A stretch of 64,000 bases of DNA from Owenia fusiformis (GCA_903813345.2 CAIIXF020000001.1:13578001-13642000); one strand, 5' to 3'; counted from the first letter of the stretch, positions 39,501 through 54,500 are shown. Program-made: numbers and translations. The notes: a model not told the origin generated them from the sequence alone.

Positions 39501-42500
39501 GCATGAATTCCTCATGAAACTACAAGAGAAAGTTAGATTACTTCAGCATGGGAATCCCTGTTTGGGAACACACCTGACAAAATACATGACTTTTCAAACT
39601 TTCAGACTTTTTGAAACATGCATTTAGATCAATCCAAATCAAATACAAGATATTACATCTGATTAAAATCATGTAGATTTTGGAAAGGTGTGTTCCACAA
39701 ATGGGGGAGATGGTTAACAGTATAGTATTATTCATAATGTCAAACAGCTAAACTATTACAAAGTTAAGGTTACTGGTCATCTATAAAGCTATGTTGAAGA
39801 CTGAAGCAGAAATTAAAGGCATTTAGCATGATGCTGTCACAAACATCTACGTTAAAAAGTCATCTACGTAATTCACACAAGTAGATCAGTAAAGCAAGCC
39901 AAGACAACACTGCACACAATGGCTCCTTATAAATTACAGTGCACCACTAAGCAGACATCAAATGAGACCAATAAACATACAACTATTCTAATAAACAGTT
40001 TATAATTTGTTTAATCAAACATTTTATATGATAACTGTTGGTTATTATTTTATTGTACTGTACTGTATTTAGAGGTGGCTGTTAAGGTATAGAGAGCCTT
40101 GGTTATTGACTACAATAAAAGCTGTGTGTACTTACAGCTGCTATAATAGATGCTGGGAGAGGGCCACGTGGACCTTGCGCTCCACCAACCATGCCCAGTC
40201 GCTTCTGCATGTATGCATCATACTCCTGTTTGGCACTAGGGGACATCCGCATGGGAGCACTACTGCCAGGGATTCTAGGACTCACCTGGGACTGGGAAAC
40301 GATGTGGGGTGTGGAAGATTGTAGCATGGGATTTGAAGACTGTGGCATCATGGGATTAGGAGATTGGGGCATCATGGTGGAGGGAGACTGGGGCATCATG
40401 GGAGATGGGGACTGGGGCATCATGGTAGATGGGGAATGAGGCATCATGGGAGATGGGGGAGGACCCATGGAACCAGGGTTATTCCATTGTGTTCCATAGC
40501 GCTCCTACAAGCATGAATTGTGCATGCACGTTAACAGACACCCACGAGGGTCTGGGCAAGCATGTGAAACCTCACAGATGAATTCATAATATGGATATCT
40601 GCAGCATTTAGGAAATCTTACATGACATATGCTGTGACCGCTTTGATTTTAAGAATAATAGATTTGATACTCCTAGTTTTAAAGAATAGCTCAAAAACAT
40701 TATCTTGCAGGGGTTTCATTGGAATACCACAACAGGCATAATACAAAATAAAAAAATAAAAAACAACAGGTAAAATCATTGCAAATTATTTAGCATAGAA
40801 AGGGCTGCAAAGTTACTCAAAACAGGCAATTTTGGTGAAAACAACTGAAGAAATTTGACTATTGCCTGGCAATGCCTGCTGTCAATGAAATCCTTGTGAA
40901 GTTTAATGTTGGAGTTCATTTCTTGTTGCTGTTTCAAAGCATGTATAAAAAAATTGACATATATGAAGTCATCTGTGAGTTGGTGAAAGCGCCACCATAG
41001 AATAATATTATTAACAATTTGCCGGCACAACTGCATTTGCTTTATATGCGGCTTGTTTTAAAATAAAGATACAACACTAAAGCAAACATTAATGTGGGAA
41101 GCATGAATTAAAAACACAAAATATAAAGCCGTGAAGTTTAGTCTCTGGTTTTCTAATAATAAAACAGTTTTCTATATCTGTCTCACATTATAAAAGGCAC
41201 ATTACCTAAATCTGAATATGTATTGGACTCAACTAAATTGTAGATAGTCTCGCCTAAAGCACTTTTTGTCTGTACAGAATTAAGTAACTTTTATTGAGGC
41301 AAACAATTTCTCATTGATAAAAATCTTATTTTATTTGATTAGATTTACATATGTGTGTGTGCATGTGGTAAATGTGCCTTTTATTTTTGTTACATGGTTA
41401 TATATGAAGCAGGGGTCCATTATTGGTACGATCGTAAAAGAATGTTTAAAATCCTCATAGTTTAGCCATATGACCTAGAAAATCACTGTAAATGGCAACA
41501 AGGCATAATAACATGACAAAATGTCACCATCTTTAAAATTATTGCAAATGGATACAAAATATTACAAGTCCACTTATTTGTTGCCATGGTAACGGATATT
41601 GGCAGAAATGTGTTGGAATTCATAACATGTTTATATATGTTCACGAGTCAGTCTAAACAGTACTTGTTAAGTTATTGGAAGTTGTCACAATACAAGTTAA
41701 AGACACCGAATGTCAAACTCCGACAAAATTCTTACAATATCTGCCCTAGCTATTCCCTTATTCTGGTCATAGAATCTTATTCAATGAATCAAACGATGTA
41801 ATTTCATGCAGGTATTAGTATGCATACCTCAGAGAAAAAGGTGAAAAAAATATTTGTTATAGATGCTGACACTGAATGCCACCACCAGTCATGAAAAATG
41901 GTAACTTTAACAATATGCACAACTTGGTGGTGACATAAAAATAGATTCCATGTATTCACAACTTACAACATATCATCCCAACATTCATTTGACTTTGCGT
42001 AATGACCGTACCAACACCAGACTCCATTAAAGAACCAGGGACTGAACTTAACATGGCTTAAAATATCAACATTTAACCTCTAACCCATACATTATATATT
42101 AAGAAAGGAAAATCAACATAAAGCTAGTACAACATACCTGTTGCTTGAAGCGATACTCCTGTATGAGTTGTTGATGGGCTCGTTGTTGTTTTCTGAAGTG
42201 TTCTAGTTGTTTATTGAGCTGGCTGATGTCTTGGTTGACTCTCTCTATCTCTCGAGCGTCTACATCACTCAGCTCATTTCCATTCTTCTTTGCCTGCAAT
42301 CATTAACATAAACGTAATGTATTGGGAGGTTTGAGCTATAGGGTTTATCCAGAGGGAAATATACATATCTCTCAATGGACTGAGGGTGGAATAGTATTCC
42401 ATATACACCAGATTTGTGCCTCACATTTCCTCAGGTAGTATCCAATTGATTGAGGGTACATGGAATGAAGGCTACATGTTGATGGGGTATATACAGTGCT

Positions 42501-45500
42501 ACACATATTCTGTATTGTCAGGGGCAAGAGTTTCAGATACTACTTGAACAGTTGTAGATCTAGATCTGAATATTCTAAGAGTATTTTTACCTGTCTTTGC
42601 TTGGCTGTAAGTTGTTTCTTTGATTTCTTCTGCTTGCCTAGTTGTTGTTCCAGGAACTTTATTTGCATGGTTAGCCTGGTGGCGTTATTAGTGAGCCACT
42701 CTTCATGTTCCATTTGTGTCTGTTGCTTATCACCATCAACTAGAAAATCCCAAATACAACACAGTGTACTAGAAAACATGGATTACCTCATTTAAATACT
42801 TCAACTTCAGTATATATCTAAAACAATTCATCCATAATCAATACATGTTCAACTCTTAATCCCCTGAGCATGGAAAGTATCAAATTTGATAAAACTGCCT
42901 TCCCTGGGAAATCCTTGCCTGAAGACAACTCTAGTATACTCTACCATGTTCAATTTTATTTTAGGAAGATCTATGAACACTCAGAAGTAAAGGATACAAT
43001 TGAAAACATGCCATGTACATGTATTTAGTTCCTCAACGTTAGTTAGTTGTGTCAAGGCATCATTTAAGATTGATATGTGCAGTGATTTGTGAGTGATATT
43101 TTACAACAGTTATAAGGTAGATACATACCTGGAGGCATGGGCATAGGGGGTGGAGTTGGGTGTCTCAGGTTTGGTGACTGCATAGCAGGGCTGTGTGATG
43201 GAGGGTGCATCACACCAGAGGAGGCGGGGAAGGGTGAAGGCACCCTGGGGCTCATCTGACCCCCTGAGACACCAGGGGGCAATGGCCCTGGGGGTCTTTG
43301 GAACCCAGGTGGAAAATTATGTGGAGACATTTCCCTAGATGTTGGCATCTGGATAGGGCCAGGGTGTGGCATTCTTGGAGGATGTTCCATTGTAGGTGTG
43401 GCTACATGTGAACCCTGTGTCTGGGGTACAGATGTGGGTGTGGCTCCACTAGATGTAGGTGGGCCTACAAGTGAATGATTGACAATCAGAAGTGAATAAA
43501 GAATACAAGAACACAAATGTGTACAAAATGTCCCCACCTATGGGTGATCCCATCAAATGGTTATCCTAAAAATGAGTAGACAAGACTTTAACAACACAAT
43601 TTGAGGATGGAAAATCCAATATGGCCACCTTAAAATTTACCCAGAATGCCCAAAAATAAGTCAGTTCTAGATTTTCATACTAAGAAGCACCCCTGAAAAT
43701 TTGAAATTGATCCGTCACACAGTTAACCAGAAAACATGTAAACAAGACTTTACAGACAAGATTTGAGGACCGAAAATCCAAAATGGCTGCCTTGACATTT
43801 ATCCAGAATGCCAAAAAACTAATCTGTCCTAGATTTTCATACTAAGAATCATCCCTGAAAATTTGAAATTGATCTACCAAACGGTTCACCTGGAAATGCG
43901 TAGACAAAACTTTACAAACAAGATTTTAGGACAGAAAATCCAAAATGGCTGCCTTGACATTTACCCAGAATGCCCAAAAACTAATCAGATCTAGATTTTC
44001 ATACTAAGAATCATCCCTGAAAACTTGAAATTGATCTACCAAACGGTTCACCTAAAAACGCGTAGACAAGACTTTACGGGCAAGATTTTAAGACGGAAAA
44101 TCCAAAATGGCTGCCTTGACATTTATCCAGAATGCATAAAAACTAATGAGATCTAGATTTTCATACTGAGAATCATCCCTGAAAATTTCAAATTGATCTA
44201 CCAAACGGTTCACCTGGAAATGCGTAGACAAGACTTTACAGACAAGATTTGAGGACGGAAAATCCAAAATAGCTGCCTTGACATTTACCCAGAATGCCCA
44301 AAAACTAATCAGATCTAGATTTTCATACTGAGAATCATCCCTGAAAATTTGAAATTGATCTACCAAACGGTTCACCTGAAAATGCGTAGACAAGACTTTA
44401 CTGACAAGATTTTAGGATGGAAAATCCAAAATGGCTGCCTTGACATTTACCCAGAATGCCCAAAAACTAATCAGATCTAGATTTTCATACTAAGAATCAT
44501 CCCTGAAAATTTGAAATTGATCCACCAAATGGTTCACCTGAAAACGTGTAGACAAGACTTTACACACGAGATTTTAGGACCGAAAAATCCAAAATGGCCG
44601 ACAATAAAAAAGTGATTATGAGTTTTTGCTAATTTCTTTCAACAAAATTATCACATATAACTACTGTTAACAATAACATAGGCTTTTACAACAAAGTACA
44701 CCTGAACTTATTTATAAAGCTACTAAATAGTTTAAGTATGAAAACTGAATAACACCATTCAATATGATACAAAGTATTATCGTGCGCTAACTTTTCTTAA
44801 AACATTCAAAATGGCTGACATGACTGAGCTTACAGGTCCAAAACCTAATCAGATCTAGAATGAAGTGAGCTGAACAAGATGTTAAAGTTTTAAAAGCAAC
44901 TGTGAAGCCGTTTTTCTTAAAGTTTGCAGACAAGGATTTTAGCATTTGACTTCAAAATGGCCAACAGGAAGTTGGTATCGAGTTAATTTTTTTTCATCCA
45001 CATCTGTATGCACTCATAAGTTATCCCTGAAAATTTGAAGGTGATATCTGTAGCGGTTTTGGAGAAAACTCCCGGACGTACGGACAGACAGACGGACAGA
45101 CAGACGGACGGACGGACGCGCCTAGGCCGACAATATGGCCCCACACTATGTGGTGGGGACATAACAAGTGAATTTTTTGCATTATTAGCAACATGCAGTG
45201 ATATCTAGGTATACCAAGCAATACTTTTTGGTAGTAGCTTGGAGTGCTGTTAGAAACGATAAACACTATTCGAGTGAAATGTTATTTTTGCCACATTTAC
45301 AATATTCATTGTCAAGTTTCATCTCTTTAATTTTTGCCATATTTTAGGACTTTCATAATTAAAGATTAAGAAACCTGACATTGAATAAAACCAAAACATT
45401 TCCCCTGCCACAAATTCTAACCTACCTTGTGGTCGGATTTGACCATCAGGTGCCATCACATCAACTTTAAGTTTATCAAAATCAGCATCAGTTAGGAGGC

Positions 45501-48500
45501 TGGAACCATCCTGCTTATGTAGCATCGCCTGTTGCTGAGCCTGACGTGCCTGCTCCAGTCTCTCCTGAAAAGGTACACAATCATAACTTCTTAATAGCTC
45601 AAAGATAAAAGTTCCAAGAAAAGGTGCTATTAAGAAGTTTCATATAAAGGCAGATGGAAGGGATGATACTTTGCGATACTGCAAATTTTTGCTCAAAGTT
45701 TAGTGAATAACAACATATACTAAATCATTAAATTAAACCATCCTTGAACTCCATTATCTTACCAGCTGTCACTGTTAAATGAATAGGTAAAATTTCTTCT
45801 GTTACAATAATTGCTCTTTTTCATTAGAACCAGGTCAATTTATCATTATCAATCATATACTGAAATAAATTTTATTTGTAGAGGGCCAGGTTATGTTATA
45901 TATCAGATATAATAAATCTTATTGACATTGAAGGTATAGACCTAGGACTAACACTGAGGCTTCATTATGAATTAGGGAAGAGATCATGGCAAAAATTTCT
46001 TACCTGTTCAAGAAGGTCTTCTAACAAAAGTGGCTGATCTTTCAACAGTGCCAATTTCTCTTTTTGTTCTGCAGTGCTCATGGGAGGAGTTTCTGGTGTC
46101 CCTGCACTAGGTGCTGGTCTTGGAGAGGGTCCTCTGGTAAGACTCGATGCAGGAGAGGTGCTCATTCTAGGGCGTGGTATATTGGGATCAGGAGAGGGCA
46201 TAGAGACCGTCCCTTGTGGCCCATGTGTTGGACTCATAGTGGCTCGATTTCCTTGTGCCATTCCAGGATGTGAGAAAGGTGGCATACTGAGTCTTGGGGG
46301 CATTCCGGGTCTGGGAGGCATACTCTGTGGTCTAGACCCTGGTGGAAATGGAGCCCCCCTAGGCATTCCCTGTGGGTGCATACCTGGATGTACACCCCTA
46401 GGGGGCATCATTCCTGGTGGAGGCATCCCTGGCATCCATTGTTGTCCAGGGGGCTGCATACTCTCTTGACCTTGGTGTCTCAGTACACGTATGTGGCCAC
46501 CTTCTCGCCCTGGTGTAAGAGAGGGCATCTTGTGCTCTGTGGCTATCATAGACTCTGCAGTGGGGGGTGGCATTCCTGGCACCCAGTTTGAGGTTGGAGG
46601 CATGCCAGGCCTTTGCTGCTGCTGTTGGAACATGGCTGGATTCATAGCTCTCATCCCAGCTCCAGGACTCCCCATAGGACTCTCACTGAGTGACGTAAGC
46701 TGCTCTAAGGGTGTGTTATTTGGCCCACCTGGTCCTGTATGTCTAGGCCTCTGTCCCCTTGTTGCCTGTTGGCTCATAGACATCATAGCCATACTAGCTG
46801 GGGTATTGGGCATCATGCCTGGCTGCATTGGAGGGCCACGTGGGCTAGGGATCCTTGGAATTCTTGGCCCAACAACTGGTCCCATCCCAGGCATACCTGG
46901 TGGGGTAGCAGCAGATGATGCAACAGCACCAAGCTCTGAAGCAGAAGGTGGGGTGTGGGCATCAATTGGAACAGCATGAGGCATACCTGGAACACCACTC
47001 GACATAGGGGAGGGTATAGATACCTGATGGTGTCCATCAGTTGCAAGTGGACTTCCATGTTGAGCAGCAATAGGACTTTGTCTCATTGAGGCTGGTACAT
47101 GATGCCCACTAGTAGACATGTGCTGTGGAGACTGGACACTGGACACAGGAGGTGTTCCAACTCTATGAACAGCTGAAGATGTAGGTGTATGCCAGGAAGA
47201 CATCCCAAGAGAGGATGGAGGTGTATGGCCACGTTGACTACTTGTTGAATGTGGGATTGGCCAGGCAGGCATTCCACTAGAGACTGGAGGAGTGGGGAGC
47301 TTCCCACCATGTGTTGACATAGGGGGTCTGTAAATGGGCAACTGTGACATGGGAGGTGTGGATCTAGGACCAGTAGCTTCACTAGATGTAACACCTTCAG
47401 AATGGGGTAGTGCCTCATAGCCAGCTGCTGTTGAGAGCGCAACCTGAGCCAGAGGCTGTGCTGGCATTGACATGGCCGCCTGGGTTAACGATTGCACAGT
47501 GCTCCGAGGAACAAAGCCCTGACTCTCAGACAGTTGAGAGCTGACAGCACTGGGCTGTTGGCTCAATGTAGTGGCTGAACTCAATCTCATACCCCCCATT
47601 GAAACAACTGGTTGAAATGGTGCTTGTGCATGATGACTGAGAGCAGTATTTTGTTCAGTTTGTGCTGGACTGTGAACCTTTGGCAGTTCACCAACTTGCG
47701 AGGCAGGCAAAGTCACAGCAGGCAATGCTGTTGGTACTGGAATCTGTGGCAATTTGTCTGCAGGCTTTTCTATTGATTTTTCTGAAACTGGGCCAGTCGG
47801 TTTCACCTCAGATGGGGCAGCAATGGTTGCTTCTGGAGTGTTCCCAGGTGGAGGAGCAGTAGGGCACTCAGGTGGTACATCCTCCAGCCTAGGATCAAGG
47901 ATAACATTTGACCCCATTCCTAGACCACTTGGGTCTTCTACTGTAATTTGACTGGTATCAGTAATAGGTAGGCATGTTTCTTCAGAAGGCTCATTAGTTT
48001 GTCCAGTGTCTTCATTAGATTGATTCTTGGTATCGCTTGGTGCATTTTCTTCAGTTTTATCATCACCAGCTCCATCAAATTGATCAACTTTCTCTACCTT
48101 TGTTGTCTCATCTGTTTCTTCTTTACTGACATCTGGAACAGTTTCATCTTGGCTATTTTTAGGAGTTGAAGCTCTTGAAATATTCTTTGGAGATTTTGAT
48201 CGTGTGACCATTTTGGTAGCTTCTTTCTTTCTGTCAGGAGTTGTAGGCTCATTCTTTACTTGACCATCATTATTGGAATCCTCTGTGTTAGAGTCAATTG
48301 GTTGATTAACATCTGCTGATGGTATAGTCTCCAGTTTAACAGGAGTACCATCTGCATTCTTTTTCTTGCTGAATTCGAGAAATTTAGACTGGAAATCACT
48401 ATCCTGTGATGTTCTTCTTGATGATGTACTGGTATTAGACAATGCTGGGGAGGATACTGACTTTTCAGTTAAATCCTGCTCTGACTGGGCATGACCAGAT

Positions 48501-51500
48501 GAAACAGGTTCCTTAGCTGGAGGCTCAGTCTGCATAGGTATGGGACTATCGCTTTTGGGAGTCCCTGGTTTAGAGGAGCTTGACTTAGGAGTAGCAGGTC
48601 TGGAGGTTCCTTGCTTTGGAGTCCCAGGTGCGGATGTTGCTTGTTTTGGGGTTCGATCAGCTGTAGTACCAGTAGGCTTAGGAGTTGAAGGTTTAGTGGT
48701 ACCTGGTGTTGGTGTACCTGGTTTAGAAACACCCGCTTTAGGAGCACCTACTTTAGGCATTCCTGTTTTAGACAGGCCAGGTCTAGGTATACCATGTTTA
48801 GGAGTAGAAGCTTTAGGAGGATAGCCCTGGCTACCTTGTTCTTCTTCCCCCATTAATCCCAAATGTTCATCAAACATACTCTTATCATGGTCTTCCACGA
48901 GTGTTTTCTGAATCTCAGGGTCTGCAAATTCTAGTAAGTTAAATGTGCCATCTGCAGCCAGTAGATCTTCAAGCCCTTCATCTGGCTTGCGTCCTCCCTC
49001 AGGCCTGGGGGCTCCACCACTAGGTGGCACTTCATTAGCTGCAACACATAAACCAGCATTATTACACTAAATGGTTGGGCACAACTGGTTTAATTTCATA
49101 ACATTATACAGCTTAGACAACAATGTTGAATTTATATATTACATTAGAGCTACAAATGATAGATTGTTCCAATAACAATTACTGATAATGTGATGCAGGT
49201 AAATACATGTACATACTAGTAATGTAAATTCTATTCAAACATTAAATAGTACGACATAACTTACCCTGAGAGTGTGGTGGCTGTTGGTGGGGAGAAGGTT
49301 GTGCCTGGGGGGTACCAGGCTGACTCTCTGTGCTACCCTCCCTTGGGGTCATCCCAGGGGGTGTTGGCATTCTGTAGGGTCCAGGGAACCCTGATTGCCC
49401 ATGGGGTCCATGTGGTGACTGATGACGCACAAGATGATCATAGGGGTCAAGGGGGTTGCCATCTGACCCAGCTGGACCACCGGGGCGCGGCATTCTGTGT
49501 TGGTTCTGACGTAGGCGTTCAGTAAACATATGAAGATATGGTGTTCTTTGTCGCTCAGCTGCTGTCATGCTCTGCAATAAACATCAAACATTGAAACACT
49601 AATACTAAAACCAGTGTCTAATAATTGTGTTCAAAACATAAGATATCATTTTGCACGCTTTACATATTTACAATTGCTTCCAAGCCTTATATAGATTTAT
49701 GTGGTGCTTGTCCAAATGCACAGACACACACCAATCAGCCCAAGACAACATATAGCACTTTAAACATACATATACCTGTTGTGATTTAATATCTGCCATT
49801 GATTGTCCAGGGTGTCTCATTACTGGTGCAGGAGGTCCTCCAGTAGAAAAGCTCCCATGTTGACTAAATGGGACTCTACCACCATGCCAGGGCTCTCCTG
49901 GGAATCGTGGTCTCATACCAAGCTCACCATATGGTCCATGTTGCCTAAATGGGTCTATTTCTACAATAAAAGTAATACATTTATTACAATCATGATGTCA
50001 TTGTCACATTTTAGCATCATAATAATGAGACTACAACAAAACTAGTTGAGTATGCAACTAATAATGAGTTAATGCTAAGTACTCACCTGGTCTCATTTGA
50101 CCTGGATGAGGTGGTCGACCCATTTGACCCTCTGGCCATCTCTCTCCCCTAACCATATGAGCTCCATATTCTCCTGGTGGGCCTCTGGGCCTAAACTCTG
50201 GTCGGAATTCTCCAGGAGGCCCCCTTGGTCTAAACTCTGGTCCAAACTCTCCAGGTGGACCTCTGGGGCGTAAGTCTGGTCCAAACTCCCCTGGGTGAGC
50301 CCGTGGTGAAAACTGTGCTGGGGGAGGTCCTCTATGACCTGGGGGTGGGACAGGATGACCTGGATACCCTGGGGGAGGTCTAGCTGGGACATCACCACCC
50401 TCCATAAACATAGGTGAAGGTCCCCTTTCTCCTACCCAATGTCTTGGGGGCATACCTGGCTGAGGCTGGTCTCTCAACAACCGTTCATGTTCCTCTAATT
50501 TCTTTTTGTTTTGTCTCTGCAGACTTTGCTTGGCTAGAAGTTCCCTGAGGTGCTGTTTCTCAACATCTGTCTTGGCCAAGTTTGGATCATTGATATTCTG
50601 AAGTACACAAGAGAAATGCATTGAGAGATGTGTCATACCATTTCCCTAAATATTACAAAATTCCTAAAAAAAGAAATTATTCACACTTGCGTTTTCACTA
50701 CATTTCGATTTTAGATATCTGTTATCTAATTGGTTCAGGAAGTTAAACCAATCAGGTCCGAGATATCCATTATACATAAGTGAGAAGTATAAATTTATGT
50801 AAGACAGAAATTCTACATTTAAAAGTTTACACTTTACAAAAACTCACAACTTATAAGTATAACATATAGAGACATATGAAATATGAGGTTGTAAATTCGT
50901 ACGACCATATAATTTTGGGAGGCAATCCCCCAAATTTATCAAAATCAGATTGAAAATCAGATTGAAGTCATTTGAAAACCATCTACATCTATTTAGTAGG
51001 TAGATATCTCTGAATTAATTCCATGATGCATCATGACTATGGAAAAATTTATCCAGAGAAACAGGGATCGTACAAAGTCACAACTAATTAGATCACCCTG
51101 GGTATAGTCTGTCACGTGACTTCATGGATGACGTGTGCGCGAGTGATTCGCATTTTCTTTCGCTTGAGGTTTGTAATCACACTTTTTACATGTTTTAAGA
51201 TTTTGTATCTCTGTGAAACTTGTCCCGTACCATCAATGTCTGAAGACGATCTAATTCACCAAATATCTCATCCAAGCGTGTCCCGGTTAAAGAGAAATTC
51301 GCACTTAGTGTCTCGCAAAATGACGTGTGCGCGAGTAAATCGAATTTTACGAAGGATGGGTGCGCGAGTCTAAAATATTTTTATTCACTTGAGACAATTC
51401 TGCAAGCTAAGGCAGAATACAACTCACGTGACATTTGTTTTTGTCATCTTAAAGTAGTATGTGAAAGAATAGTTTGCTATTTTGTAGATGTTTCATGTAT

Positions 51501-54500
51501 GGCACATACATGTCTACGTTTAATGACAATAAATGTTTTGAAATAGCTTGTAGGGCTGTCCGGCATTGCAGGTGAATTAAAATTTGAACCAAAAATTGAA
51601 TTAAATTTTTGTCTCATAAAACCGGCAGCATATTCATTTATTGACATCCCATACAAGGGGGGGGGGTCAGAGTTGTTATGTGGTTACTCGGCATCCGCCA
51701 CGATCAGAACCATGTAAGGAATAGTAAGGGGAAGCCCATGATACCAAGTAATATCAAATAATTATAGGAGCTTCTAACTTCTTCCGCATCCCCACCCTTG
51801 GTATACGCAGCTGACAAAATGGATCGGTACGGGTCAAAAGCTGGACCGGTACAGGTTAACGGTTTTATTTGAATTTAAAACAGACTTCTTCGTATCTAAG
51901 TTGAAATATATGATCCCTCCGAATGATTTTAAGTACCCCCAAAGTTCACCCGTACAGGTCCAGCTTTTGACCCATACCGGTCCATTTCGTCAGCTGCGTA
52001 TACCAAGGGTGATCCCACATACTTTGTTTTTACAGACTCAGAAATCAATGTTCGCTATAAATGTAGCAATATAATATGAGCTTTCGTGTACTCAGATCCT
52101 CCATTTGTAAAAAACAATTGAAGAACAGCATAATAGAAAGTCAAATACAAAATTGATTTGCGCCCAAAATAGTTTGGGTAATGATTCCCGTCACTACCAT
52201 GCATTTGTCCCCAAAGCAAGGTATTCTGATGGGTAAAATCTTGATACCTCCCCCTCCCCTACTAAAAATGATTTGAATTTGGTTTAAAAATATATACCCC
52301 AAGAACACTTTAAGGTATCATAAATTATTGAGGTAGTTATTATAGTTAGAAAACACCGTGCCCTTATAGTATTTATTACAATTCTAGAACAATTTCATGA
52401 AACGACTCATAAGGAAATTGTTTAATGTGAGCCATGAAGTTCAATATCAATCAAATCAATAAAAATTCAAATCAATATTGTGTCTAGCTTGCAGAATTGT
52501 TTAAATGAATATAAATATGTTAGACTCGCGCACCCATCCTTCGTAAAATTCGATTTACTCGCGCACACGTCATTTTGCGAGACACAAAAGTGCGAATTTC
52601 TCTTTAACCGGGACACGCTTGGATGAGATATTTGGTGAATTAGATCGTCTTCAGACATTGATGGTACGGGACAAGTTTCACAGAGAAACAAAATCTTAAA
52701 ACATGTAAAAAGTGTGATTACAAACCTCAAGCGAAAGAAAATGCGAATCACTCGCGCACACGTCATCCATGAAGTCACGTGACAGACTATACCCAGGGTG
52801 TAGATTACATAAACTTATAAGATACACATTATAAATCCTACTATTCAAAATAAAAGAAAATCAATAAAAAATCACATTCAGTGTTAGGTGATAAAATAAA
52901 AAGCCTAATCTAACATACATAAAGTTATGATTATATAGCAGAAAAGTGTGAGAGAAACTTACCCACATTGGCTGTTGCATTGAGGGCCCATATGGAGGGG
53001 CCCCTTGGTTAGGCCACATGTTGGGGCCCCCGAGGGGAGGCCGCCGGAAGATTTGACGAAGCTGAGAACAAGAATTGTCACACTGAGATACAAAGTACAA
53101 AGCTGACTATATCTACACTACATATAAGTTAAAACTTCTCAAAGAGCCAGCCATTCTAGACAACATCCTTACTCTAAATCAGAATTTCATGAAGATTTAA
53201 TAAATAATATTCAAAATAGATTTAAATCTGATAGTAGAGTAGAATGATGAGATAGGAGGCCTATAAATGTGATTTGGAATTGAATACTTATAAAAATGAG
53301 CTAGAAATGTAAATGATATTTTACATGTGGTTCTATTGAGGAGAAAATGTAAAACAAACTGTTTCTGCTTTCAATGCCACAGTTCAAATTTCGCATTATT
53401 TCAGTATTTTAATGAGTTCCTCTATTCCAGTCACATTTATCATCCTGACTACATATATTAACACTGGCTAAGCAGTCATACAAAATTGGAGTAAAACATT
53501 GAAAATTCTCAACTTTTTCTCCATTGAAAGTTCTCAACATTTTCTCCAGAAAGAATGACATGAAAATTGTTAAAAATTTTAGAAGTAGAATTTTGAAAAA
53601 ATAAAACAGAACATAATGCAATAAGAAGCTCAAAAAATTAAAATAAACTTTATAAAAACTAATAATAATGAATGTTAAATTATATCGACTTTACATTAAC
53701 ATTGAGCAAGTACAGCAGTGTTACATAGGGAAGAAAAGACGTTGAATTCATCACAAACTTGAGCAGAGAGATACGATACCTTGATACTCAAATATGCAAG
53801 AACTGAGTGAATAAATGATACACTGTTAGACTTTGTTAGATACAACATTTAAGGAAGGGTTCACAGGCAGAAGAAGGATATAACAAACAGTGAACTCACC
53901 AAAGGAGAGCTGGTTTCTGGATTCATTCCCTGTTCCATGTATTTCTGCCTGACCAGCTCCTGCTGACTGGGATCCAGTGGGTGTCTAGGTCTCTGATTTC
54001 CAGGAACAGGTGACCCGTAGGGATCCATGGGGGTCTTAGGGGTACCAGGGGACTGGGCATATTCAGCCCCTGCTCCCCTGGGGGAAGTACTGAATGGATG
54101 TTCAGGATGAATATGTCCTGGGTGGGCACCTGGACTGTGCTGCACCCCTTCTTGTAATGATACAGAGCGCTGTAGACTAAATGGATCACTAGACCCAGGT
54201 CTGGGAGACTGATTGGAAGGTGTTCCTGGCCTTATATCCTGCATACTTACACCAGCTGAACCTGCAGATGATGCCCTGGGTGGCTGGTGAGGAGGAGCCT
54301 CACCTGTTAACCCTGCAGCTGGGGGTGTCCTTGAATCGTGAGGACGTTTATTATGGGGGAGCATATGGCTGAATGGATCTGCCATCCTAGGACCAGGAAG
54401 AGGGTACGGCTGAGATGGACCAGAACTTGGCCTCGGGGGTATCTGAGTGAATGGGTCTTGATGACGTGGCACTGCTCTCTGCTTTTGCTTCTCATCGTCA

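Noticed and set aside
45965-49030. 1021-aa ORF as a standalone gene
   Set aside because: Non-ATG start; bounded by splice sites in phase with flanking KMT2C/D exons, so it is one large internal exon
51116-52778. Two near-identical opposite-strand ORFs (MTSWMTCARV...) as a gene pair or toxin-antitoxin system
   Set aside because: They are chance readings of the two TIRs, start at GTG and differ by a frameshift
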